Assembly: GCA_965219095.1 (NCBI GenBank)
Contig: CBDCMT010000001.1
Span: 1,504,001 to 1,568,000 of the forward strand
Origin: Bdellovibrionales bacterium
GTDB lineage: Bacteria > Bdellovibrionota > Bdellovibrionia > Bdellovibrionales > UBA1609
Direction: 5' to 3'
Length of the DNA: 64,000 nt
A program made the position numbers and the translations under genes. Below the pieces are notes generated by a model that searched no databases, was not told the DNA's origin, and worked only from the letters and a program-made list of their open reading frames with translations. Shown in pieces: positions 21,162 to 31,067 of this stretch. Each line of letters opens with the position of its first letter. The stretch's first letter is position 1.

Positions 21162-21976
21162 AAGAATACTCCTATACCTTCTCTGAAGAGTTTCGTACTC
21201 TTTTTGAGTCAGAACTCTTGACTCTTTTTTATGAACTAACTCCACAGTCTCTTTAAGAAGTTTTTTGAGATTTATAGCCCATTTGAATCCATTGCTTTCT
21301 TCTATAAATTTAAGCTCTCTCAAAAGGTGAGCCACACACAAAGCATGAGTTATCTTATCATAACAAAAGTAAGGACTCCAACAATCATGCACAAGCACTC
21401 CTGCATATCTATCCAAGAGACCAATATCTTTTATGGCTTCCTTTCCACCTGAAAGGTGGAGAAACTGCAAGACTAATTCTCCTGAACTATAAGTATGAAT
21501 CCAGTAGTTTTTACCCTTAACCCTCATAGAGGTCTCATCAACATGAATGACCTCTGATTCAAGTATCTTTTCTTTCATCTGCTCTTCCCAACTTTTAAGA
21601 AACTCTCCTAATTCAGCAATGTATCTCAACATAACTGCAGGAGAAATCATTCGACCTATAAGCCCCATGTAATGTTCCCCAACACGCTCTAAAAGACAGC
21701 ATCTGAACTATAATGAAATTGATGATGGAAGCTCTAATGCCTACACCATACTGAAGAGGACCACTCATACCTTTAGGGAATTGACCTTTATTTCTAGCTC
21801 CACATGAGGGACAATCCTTAACCTCAGAAGTTACAGTATGGGTCTGAATTTCATAAAAAATATCAATCTTTTTACGCTTTTCAAGGCTTTTTACCTCTGC
21901 TGTCTTTAAACACATCCCACACTGAGAACACTCTGAGGGAGAGACAGTCTCCTCACTGTTTGTATCTTTACTGTTA

Positions 21977-23386
21977 TACCATTTCCAAAAATTAATTCGA
22001 CATTCTTTTAACGCATAGCGTCCTGGCTTTTTAATCAAACTCTGCTACATTTTTAGAGTCATGTCGAAAAAAGATTTAGTTACACAGATTCAAGGGTATG
22101 ATTTTCTAGCTACTTACAAAGTGGAAAGAAGTGCCAACATCAAGATAAAACTTCAAGCTTTGCACCATATGCAAAAAGGAAAATCGATTCAAGAAACAGC
22201 AGGTATGGTTTTGTATCACCGTCACAGTATCAAATCCTGGTTACAGTCTTTTGTAGACTTTGATTACGAGGGATTGATAGATCGAAAAGGCAGAGGACGT
22301 AAACCCCGTTTGCCAGTGACAGAAGAAGAGAACTTCAAAATCAAGTTAGATGAAATTCAAGACAAAAGAGAGGGAGGAAGCATAGGAGCAAAGGAAATAC
22401 AGAAACTTTTAGCAGATGAATTTGACTGTTGCTATTCTCTTTCTGGGGTTTATGTTTCTTTAGACCGCCTTAATATTGTATGGATCAGTGGTCGTTCTCT
22501 TCATCCTAAAAGTTCATTAAGAAGCTATGGAACAGTTTAAGGAACATTTTCCAGAAGAGGTGGAGAAAATAAAAGAAAAGATTCAGACTCATAAAATAGA
22601 GATTTGGTGGCAGGATGAATGCAGAATAAGCTCAGCAAGGTTCTTTGAGCAGGATTTGGGCAAGAAAAGGCACACGACCTAGAGTTGTGAGACAAAGACA
22701 ATTTTTATCTACTTATATTTTTGGAGCAGTTTGTCCGGATAAAGATAAAGGCTGTGCTTGGGTTTTACCGGAATGTAATTCAGGGATGATGCAAATTCAC
22801 TTAGATGAGATATCTAAAAATATTCAAGAAAACTATCATGGAATTGTTTTAATGGACAGAGCCAGTTGGCATACCACAGAGACTTTGATAGTTCCTAAGA
22901 ATTTATCCCTGATGCCTTTACCTCCTTATAGTCCAGAATTAAATCCCATGGAACAAGTCTGGCAACAATTACGAAGGATCAAATTATCGAATGCATGTTT
23001 TAAAAACTATGACCATATACTGAATACTTGTTGTGAGGCCTGGAATACTTTTTGCGATCAGGAGGGCAGGATTAAAAAATTATGCACTCGATCTTGGGCA
23101 AAACAACAAGATGAATCAAGCTTGTAAATTAATTTGAACCTATAAATTAAATTGCGTAACTGATTTTTTTCATTTTACATCTTAACCTCACTTTTTTACA
23201 CTTATTTTAACCCATCAATCGATTCACACAACAATAGATATACATAAAATAAACATATCTTATGAAAACTCAACCTCCCTTCAAAAAAAACTTTTTTAAA
23301 GCCTCCTAATTGAAACTTTTCCTTAAGTCAATTTTAAAATTTTAAATTTGAACATAAAAATGTCGAATTAATTTCTGTAATTGGTA
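21977..23386 (+). mobile_element. IS630-family type 1, copy A (TTA duplicated)
   Basis: TIR TACCA..AATTAATTCGACATT; HTH region, WWQDE, MDRASWH, LPPYSPELNPMEQVW. Confidence 0.92.
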
Positions 23387-23791
23387 TTATCAAGTCTAGA
23401 GCCCTTTTTCTGACTCCCACTAGCTTTCTTATTACGATTCCCTTGACGACTAAAATCTTGCGAAGGAGGAAGACCGCTGTTGCTGGAATTTTTTCGAACC
23501 TGTTTTTCTAAAAGCACAGCAATCAGAATGTTCACAACCTTAAAGAGAGATTCAAAAACCACAGAAATCTCAGTAGGCACAGAACCTTTCTTTGCAAACT
23601 TATCAAAGTCACTTCTTGTATTTTCAATCTCATTTCTGATGGAGGTCTTATTTATTGTCATTTGAAAAAAGTATTTAAAAGAAAATCTGTAAGAGCAAGA
23701 CTTTTATCTTAAAACAGGTCTAAAGTTAGGGATAACTGAACAATGTAGGTGAGCAGTTACTTTAATTTAAAATGAAAACTTCTCTCTTTTC

Positions 23792-24022
23792 TTAACCATC
23801 ATTTCTAATGGCTTCAACAGGACAGGATTCAAGAGCTTCTTTACAGAGAGCCCTTTCTTGATCTGTTTCAGGTTGTTTTGTCACATAAGCTGAACTCTCA
23901 TCTTGAGTGAGACAAAAATGCTTAGGAGCTGTGATGACACAGGCATCACAAGCAATACACTCTGCATTTACATAATAGGGTCCTTTCTGATTTTTGTTGC
24001 GTTTTTGCGATGGATCAGTCAT
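23792..24022 (-). CDS. single-cluster ferredoxin
   Basis: CIACDAC...AP..F...ALESCPVEAI. Confidence 0.9.
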   Translation of the reverse strand: MTDPSQKRNKNQKGPYYVNAECIACDACVITAPKHFCLTQDESSAYVTKQPETDQERALCKEALESCPVEAIRNDG

Positions 24023-24083
24023 AGTTGTTTTTTAATATAGGAGGAAAGTTATGACAAGAATTTTTTTTATTATTTTATGTGTT

Positions 24084-25055
24084 TTATCTTTCGATCCAAT
24101 CTTTTGCCTTTTCTATCGCATTTTCTGTGAGAGGCACTATATCACTTATTTTTAATATAGCACCTATTTTTATATAAGCACCTCCACCAAGTTTCATTCC
24201 CTTTTCAAGAGATAAAAGGGATAGAAAAAAACGAGGCTCAAATTGAATATTTTTCCAAATTCCAGAAACTGTACTATTAAGGCCTAGAAAAGCATTTAAC
24301 TTTAAGTTCCCTCCAAGTTGAACTCCTCCGGAAACTTCTTCTGCATTGACCAAAGGAGGCTCATTTCGATCATTAATGATGCCAATAACAAGTCCCGCAG
24401 TGGACCCACCCACTCTTAAACCCAAACCAGTACTTACAGAAGGGATAAGAACAAAAATAAAATCAAAAGTCTCCTCAGTCCTTTCTGTTTTGTAATCCTC
24501 TCTGTTAATTTGCGACACTTCTTGTGGAACAACTACTAATCCCAGGAGAAAATCAACGTCGCCCCCTACAACAAATGTGCTTCCAAAAGAGTATTTTAGG
24601 GCAAACAGATAGGCATTGGGAGAAAAGATAGAAGAGTTTTTTGTATGGGTGTTTTGTAGTTGGTTTTCTAGAACTTCATAATCTAAATCCTTAAGTTTCT
24701 CTGTCAAAGCTTCAAAATATTTTTTTAAAGTGTTTTCATCTTCAAATTTAAGCCTCAATTTTTCTTTCAAAAGATGAAAATGACTTGAAATAGAATCCGA
24801 ACTATCTTTTAAGTGCTTGAGAGTAAGAGATAGAGGAGAGGCTGAGTTTTTATAGCAAAAAAGTTTTGAGTTAGGTGAATGAGGAAAAACCCCACAGAAA
24901 CTATATTCTTCTAACAAAGGAGTAGGAATTTTGATTTTTTGAAGTTCTTGAATAGACAGAAGCTTCAACTTTTCTCCCTCTTCTTTATCTCCATAAGCAT
25001 AAGCTAAGCTCATAGGAAATAAGGTAAAAATAAGTAACAAATAAATGAATTTCAT
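24084..25055 (-). CDS. secreted hypothetical protein with Gly-rich beta-strand C-terminal half
   Basis: Start MKFIYLLLIF at 25055 after AAAGGG; signal peptide ending ..AYA. Confidence 0.7.
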   Translation of the reverse strand: MKFIYLLLIFTLFPMSLAYAYGDKEEGEKLKLLSIQELQKIKIPTPLLEEYSFCGVFPHSPNSKLFCYKNSASPLSLTLKHLKDSSDSISSHFHLLKEKLRLKFEDENTLKKYFEALTEKLKDLDYEVLENQLQNTHTKNSSIFSPNAYLFALKYSFGSTFVVGGDVDFLLGLVVVPQEVSQINREDYKTERTEETFDFIFVLIPSVSTGLGLRVGGSTAGLVIGIINDRNEPPLVNAEEVSGGVQLGGNLKLNAFLGLNSTVSGIWKNIQFEPRFFLSLLSLEKGMKLGGGAYIKIGAILKISDIVPLTENAIEKAKDWIER

Positions 25056-25212
25056 AAATATCCCTTTCTTTGTTTGTTTTTCCTTTCTCTTCCTTACTTT
25101 TGAAATTATAAATTTAAAATCAAACTTTATAACACACTGTACCACAACCTTTGCTTTTACTAAAGCTTTTTGTGTTAAGAATGTAATTTTTACATTAAAA
25201 ATGTATTTTTTC

Positions 25213-25340
25213 CTTCTCAAAAGAATCTGTGGGTTTCCGGGAGGGAGCCTGTAAATTAAATTGTGTAGTTGATTTTTTCATTTTAAATTTTACCCTCCCT
25301 ATCGTAAGTCGGTTTCTTAACAGCCCTTGACTCCTACGAG
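25213..25340. mobile_element. cluster of IS scars: fused ISL3 ends, IS630 3' region, IS5 right end
   Basis: CTCAAAAGAATCTGTGGGTT joined to CCGGGAGGGAGCC; TAAATTAAATTG..CATTTTAAATTTTACCCTC; GTAAGTCGGTTTCTTAACAGCCCTTGACT also occurs at 51215. Confidence 0.7.
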
Positions 25341-25506
25341 GGGGATATTTCTTAGATTTTAAAGGAGAAGTTTTTATTGATCTTGTTGTAAAACGAGCCT
25401 GTAAGACGTTTTCCTAAGGCCTTCCCCGTTACAAAAGTATTAGAGAAGTTCTTCTAATAATTTTTAGTTTTTTTCTTATTTTGATTTTCTTTGTGTTTTA
25501 TTCTTT

Positions 25507-27694
25507 GGCTCCTCCCGGGAATCTGTGGGTGAAAAGTAGTAGAAATCCCCCAAAAAGGCTCATATTAATCAAAGTAAGAGTAAGACATCCTATCTTGTAT
25601 TTTTGAGTTCTTTGAGGCCCTTACTGGCCTCTATCACCTCCGGTGATTGAACTCAAAAACATTCTTTTATTTGCTGTATTACATTAAAATTTTAAAAAAG
25701 AAGCACCTACTTCCCAGATGCCTTAAAATGTTATTCAAAAAAAAAAAAAAAGGAGGGAAGAGATGCTTTTGAAGACTATACTAAATGATTGTTTAAGATG
25801 GAAGTCTTTTGTATACGGAGACATTTATTTTTCAAAAGATAGAAAGTCAATTAATGTTCCTATTAAGGCTCGTAAAAATGGCCAAGCTTTTTGTAGTGTT
25901 TGTAAGAAGCCCTGTTCAGTGTATGACAGCAGTAAATCATCACGGGACTTTGAATCCCTTCCTATTTTAAGTTACAGGGTGTTTTTTGTTTATTTTGTAA
26001 GAAGAGTTAATTGTTCTTGCTGTGGAGTAAAAGTTGAGTATTTACCTTGGGCAGATGGGAAGAAAAACCTAACAATTTTTTACATGAAGTACTTAGCTGA
26101 CTGGTGTCGTCACCTGTCTTGGAAAGAGGTTTCTTGTAAGTTTCATGTCAGTTGGAATCAGGTCTATGCTTCGGTAGAATGGGTCGTAGAATATGGTTTA
26201 AAACAAAGGGTTTTAAAGGGAATACAAGCTATAGGTGTAGATGAAATACAATGGAAAAAGAACCATCAGTATCTCACCTTAGTCTATGAAATAAGCAAAG
26301 AAAGTGTTCGTTTGCTATGGATAGGAGAAAAAAGAACAGAAAAGAGTTTTAGAAAATTCTTTGATTTACTAGGAGAGAAGTCAAAAGATATACAGTTTGT
26401 GTGTTCTGATATGTGGAAGCCCTATTTAAAAGTAATAGTAACTGCTCACCTACATTGTTCATTTATCCCTAACTTTAGACCTGTTTTAAGATAAAAGTCT
26501 TGCTCTTACAGATTTTCTTTTAAATACTTTTTTCAAATGACAATAAATAAGACCTCCATCAGAAATGAGATTGAAAATATAAGAAGTGACTTTGATAAGC
26601 TTGCAAAGAAAGGTTCTGTGCCTACTGAGATTTCTGTGATTGTTGAATCCCTCTTTAAGGTCATGAACATTCTGATTGTTGTGCTTTTAGAAAAACAGGT
26701 TCGAAAAAATTCCAGCAACAGCGGTCTTCCTTCTTCGCAAGATTTTAGTCGTCAAGGGAATCGTAAGGCTTAAAAGAGCTTCCAGAATTTCCTAAGAAAA
26801 ATGGCAAGAAAGGACGACTAAAGCATACACAAGCTCAGAACCTTTGGCTGCGATTTAAAAAGTATGAAGCAGAAATACTGTGTTTTTCTAAAAGAAAGAA
26901 CGTAGATCCTACTAATAACAGAGTTGAAAGAGATCTAAGAATGACTAAGGTGAAAAAGAAAGTGTCAGGGTGTTTCAGAACAGAAGAAATGGCGAAATAT
27001 TTTTGTCGTATTACCAGCTATGTTAAAACAATGAGAAATAGAGGATATTCTTCTTTAGAAGCGATCTCTATGGCTTTAAATAAAAACTTACGAGAGTGAG
27101 CAGTTACAAGTAATAAAGGAAAGGGCAAGTCAAGCTTTGAATATATTAGATCGGTTTCATATCGTAGCAAGACTCAATAAGGCTTTAGACGAAGTGAGAG
27201 CTTCAGAACACAAAAAAATGAAAGAAGACGGGTATGAACCCCTTTTAACAAAAGCTAGATGGCCCTTGTTAAAAAATGCAGAAAATTTAAAATCTTATGA
27301 AAAAGTAAAATTAAGGCATTTAATACAGTACAATTTAAAAAGTATCCGCTGTTATTTTTTAAAAGAAGACTTCCGACAGTTATGGACCTATGTTTCACCA
27401 ACTTGGGCTGGTAAATTTATAGACAGTTGGACGAGACGAGTCATGCTTTCAAAAATTGAACCTATGAAAAGAGAAGCAAAAACCATACGAAGACATAAGC
27501 TACTTATTCTTAATTACTTCAAGGCTAAAAAAGCCTTCTCCTCAGGGATTGTAGAGGGTTTAAACAACAAAGTAAAACTCACTATGAGAAAATCTTACGG
27601 CTTTAGAACCTCTAAAGCTATAAAAATCGCCTTATATCATAACCTTGGAAAACTGCCAGAACCTCCGGGAACCCACAGATTCTTTTGAGGAGGC
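25507..27694 (+). mobile_element. ISL3-family copy 1, interrupted by a deleted IS66
   Basis: Ends GGCTCCTC/GAGGAGGC; CxxC..CxxC, IGVDE, CSDMWKPY, LDRFH, VEGLNNKVK..YGFR. Confidence 0.92.
26438..27107 (+). mobile_element. IS66 copy 4, internally deleted, 8-bp duplication AAGTAATA
   Basis: Both TIRs; duplication at 26430-26437 and 27108-27115; deletion junction near 26766. Confidence 0.92.
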
Positions 27695-28432
27695 ATCTTT
27701 TTTATCTTTTTGCATGAAACCATAAGTGATATGTTTTGTCTTATCTTTAGGTTTATAGACAGCACCATTAGTTTGAAAAAAAAGACTGGCTTCTGCTACA
27801 AGGTGAATGGTGGTTTCAGCACTGAAGGCTGTATCCAGTTGTTCATCATACCCAAGACTAAGGTATATAGATTTCTTTTTTGAAGACCATCCTGTTGTTT
27901 TTGCTTTTGTATGGACTTGGAATGTTTCTGTATGAGCTATGGTTTCTTTAGGCATGAAGCTTTCTATGAGATTCAAAGTTCTATGAGTCCAGTAGTATAC
28001 AGTTATTTGAGCTAATTCTGAAGAAGGGTAGCGAAATTTTAACTTATTCTCTCCCATTGATTTGACATAAAGTCTTTCGCCCTCATAAGGTATAACGGAG
28101 AATCCTTCATTTTTTAAAAAACCTGAAGAGTCTAGACCTTCAAGATCAATAGCTTGAGTTTGAAATAAACTTAAATCTTCTTTGAACCAAATTGTATAGA
28201 AAAAATTGTTTTGATCTTGAATGGACATAGAATAAAAAGGATTTTTTAAAAAATGCAACTCTGAAAATCAGAATTCCAACACTCTTCTGAAGTTTTAAAA
28301 ATTTTCGAAATTGAGACCTCGCTTCTTGAATCCTCGCCTTTTGTGCTAAAAGAACAGTTTTGAAATAAAAAAACGAAAAAATCAAAAAAATCAAGAACAG
28401 CGATGAGTATAGAGAAAAAAATATCCCTTCAT
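27695..28432 (-). pseudogene. FQNC-type lipoprotein, possibly a degenerate metallopeptidase; frameshifted and truncated by ISL3
   Basis: ATG 28432 MKGYFFSILIAVLDFFDFFVFLFQNC...SCIF, stop at a T6A6 run (28242-28253), continuing in another frame as LKNPFY...AQITVYYW...AETTIH. Confidence 0.65.
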
Positions 28433-28785
28433 AATTCTTTACCTCTCTATCAAGCTTTTACTTGTATGCTCAAGACTAACAGTAAAATTATAATTAAAGA
28501 TTTCATTCCTTTTCCTCCTTTTTATTTAATCTTTTATCGGGAAATTCAGTTTATACCTTTAGTCCAAGTGACTCATTTTGAGACAAAAAAAAAGGGGGGG
28601 TATATTGTTTTACAAAATATTCTTACAAATAAAACAATTTTCAATTCATGCATGATTTTGTAGGGAAATAGCAAAAAATACAAGCTATGCTTCTATGGAG
28701 AGATAAAATTTTTCGACATAAAGAGTGTTGATCTTTTATTAGGAGAGACTCTAAACTATAGATATTCACAAAAGTTTCGCTATAC

Positions 28786-28933
28786 TTGCATAATTTTCTA
28801 GATTAGTTATAATGTTGTTATGAGAAGAGAGCATTCAAAATACGAAGATAGGAAAAGAGGAGGATGTCCCATTTTTCGGTGGAATTTTAGAGGGCGATTT
28901 CATGTTTAAGCTGTGATAGTTGCAATTATCACA
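28786..28933. mobile_element. IS scraps: promoter with a truncated ORF, IS256 right end (28860-28911), IS481-like palindrome (28912-28933)
   Basis: TTGCAT-16-TATAAT-6-ATG; GAGGATGTCCCATTTTTCGGTGGAATT matches the IS256 TIR; TGTGATAGTTGCAA resembles the end at 55607. Confidence 0.6.
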
Positions 28934-29061
28934 ACAGAATTCTATCATTTTGATAAGATTATGAGAAATTTTTGATTAAATTTTTAAACTCTATGAAGTC
29001 AGAAAAAACCCTTCATTCAACTTGATATGACACATATCGAAATGTCAAAGAGAACGACTAC

Positions 29062-30639
29062 TTAGGAAGATTTTTTTCGGAAAAAGGTAGATTTCCGAAA
29101 AATGTAAAAAAGCCAAAGAAATTGTAAAAGAATTGCAAAACCAACTTTATTCGATCCTCCACTTCCAAAACCATAAGAATGTAATCCTTGACCTAAAACA
29201 AAGTTAACGCCGTACCAAGTCATAATGATCAAACAAAATCCTACAATAGAGCTTATAAGAACGGCTAAAGGGCTTAACCATCCTGACAGGCGACCATGAA
29301 GAAGAGCTAAATAAGCTAAAAGGGAGATAAGAGCCCATGTTTCTTTAGGATCCCAGCCCCAAAAACGTCCCCACGAATAATCAGCCCACACACCTCCTAA
29401 AAAAACACCAAGAGCTAAGAGTACAACACCTATTTTTAAAACTTCATAAACCTGCCTAGAAGATCTATTTAAACTTTTATACTTTTGAAGTTGAAAAAAA
29501 TGTCCTGTTAAAGCTATATTAGCTAAAAGCCAAGCTAAAGCAAAAGCTCCATAACTTAAAGTAATGGAAAGAACATGAGTTGTCAGCCAAAAATTATCTC
29601 TTAAAACAGGCTCAAGAGGTTGAAGGGAAGGATCTAAAATAGAAGGTGCTATCATGGAGACAAGAAGACAAAAAGTTCCTACTATTCCTGAAGCTTTCAT
29701 ATAAGAATCCTCCTTTTTAAAAAAGCTTAAAAAGAAGCCTATGAGCATAGCTCCCCAAGGCACCCAAATAACAGTCTCATACATATTCGTCACTGGTGCA
29801 CGACTTGAAATATAAATTCTAAATAAAAATCCTATTGTGTGAAATAAAAAACCTATAAAAAGAATAGCTTTTCCCCAAGAAAGCTGAAAAACAAGAAGTA
29901 AAGAGCCTAAAACATAAAGTAAAAAAGCAAAAAAGAAAGGTCTTAGTTTATGAAAAAAAACTTCCACTTTCATCTTTGTATTATAAATAGAGGTTCCTAC
30001 TCCTTTTTGAAAGTTTGAGATCCTTTCTTCTAAATCAGAACCTTCCTTGGATTTAAGATGACGAGAGAAGCTGGTTATAATTTCAATGAAAAGCTTTGAA
30101 GCTTTATTACCTTTTGAGCTCAATTCTTTTAACGAAAGCCATTTGCCTTCTAAAAAGTTCTTTTGAGAAGGAGCTATTTTCAAACGTTCTCCTATAAGAG
30201 ATTGATAAAAAAGGCCTACTTGATATTCTAAATGAGCTAATTCTTTATCAAGACTTTTCAATGTTTCATTTTGAGTTCTCAAAGTCTCTAACCTTTTCAT
30301 GTTATCTTTGAAGTGAGGATTTTGTAACAAATCCTCTAAACTGAAAAGAACTTCTTCATTTCTTAATCTCAAACTTTTTTTCACCTGTGCACTTTGAATA
30401 CGAATGATTTTCTCTTTTTTCCATACCTCTGGAAAAAGAGGCCAAGTGAAAACAATATAAGATGCTTTTTGGTTTTTAAAGACTCTTTTTCCGTAAATTA
30501 CAGTCAAACTTTCCTTAGCAAAAGTAAAAAAAGGCTTCACCCGCCCTCCATCTTGAACAGGAAGGCTTTCGATAGCTTCTATGGCTTGGGATAAAAACCC
30601 GCTTAGAATCAAAAAAAAGAAAAGAAAATAAGGCTTCAA
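29062..30639 (-). CDS. ccsA: system II cytochrome c biogenesis protein CcsA/ResC
   Basis: GRVKP, APVTNMYE, WLTTHV, WADYSWGRFWGWDPKETW, GLHSYG. Confidence 0.9.
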   Translation of the reverse strand: MKPYFLFFFLILSGFLSQAIEAIESLPVQDGGRVKPFFTFAKESLTVIYGKRVFKNQKASYIVFTWPLFPEVWKKEKIIRIQSAQVKKSLRLRNEEVLFSLEDLLQNPHFKDNMKRLETLRTQNETLKSLDKELAHLEYQVGLFYQSLIGERLKIAPSQKNFLEGKWLSLKELSSKGNKASKLFIEIITSFSRHLKSKEGSDLEERISNFQKGVGTSIYNTKMKVEVFFHKLRPFFFAFLLYVLGSLLLVFQLSWGKAILFIGFLFHTIGFLFRIYISSRAPVTNMYETVIWVPWGAMLIGFFLSFFKKEDSYMKASGIVGTFCLLVSMIAPSILDPSLQPLEPVLRDNFWLTTHVLSITLSYGAFALAWLLANIALTGHFFQLQKYKSLNRSSRQVYEVLKIGVVLLALGVFLGGVWADYSWGRFWGWDPKETWALISLLAYLALLHGRLSGWLSPLAVLISSIVGFCLIIMTWYGVNFVLGQGLHSYGFGSGGSNKVGFAILLQFLWLFYIFRKSTFFRKKSS

Positions 30640-30693
30640 ACTACTTTTTTTTAAATGAGAAAATTAAAAAAGTAAACCTTTTAAAACGCTCTA

Positions 30694-31067
30694 ACAAGAT
30701 ATAGACCAAACAAAACTAAAGAAAATTAAATCTCGTCATAAGTTTACAGGCTCTGAGTCTATTTACCATAAACCTTTTTAACAGAACTTTTGAGATACTC
30801 AGAATTCATTTGAGAGATATAATCTAACTTTATCTCTTTAGGGCAAGCTCTACTACAGGCTCCCGTATTGCTGCAAGCTCCAAAACCCTCCTCATCCATC
30901 TGTTTTACCATATGTAGCACTCTTTGAGGGGCTTCTGTTTGTCCTTGTGGTAAGTAATGAAGATGAGCTATCTTAGCTGCTACAAATAAATTTGCTGAGG
31001 CATTCTTACAAGCCGCAACACATGCCCCACAACCAATACAAGCTGCTGCTAAAAAAGCTTCATCACT
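30694..31067. repeat. 374-bp direct repeat (3' part of sdhB plus downstream DNA); partner 33335-33708
   Basis: ACAAGATATAGACC...GCTTCATCACT abuts both TIRs of the IS1634 element exactly. Confidence 0.95.

Larger units (their letters stand above)
17259..23760 (-). mobile_element. IS66 copy 2 (outer), interrupted by IS1634 (17770-21161) and IS630 (21977-23386)
   Basis: Both TIRs present (17259, 23760); transposase pieces at 17267-17753, 21162-21976 and 23387-23661. Confidence 0.88.

Noticed and set aside
28912..28933. CRP-like TGTGA...TCACA site
   Set aside because: Spacing is 12 rather than 6, and the sequence resembles the IS481 end among other IS scraps.
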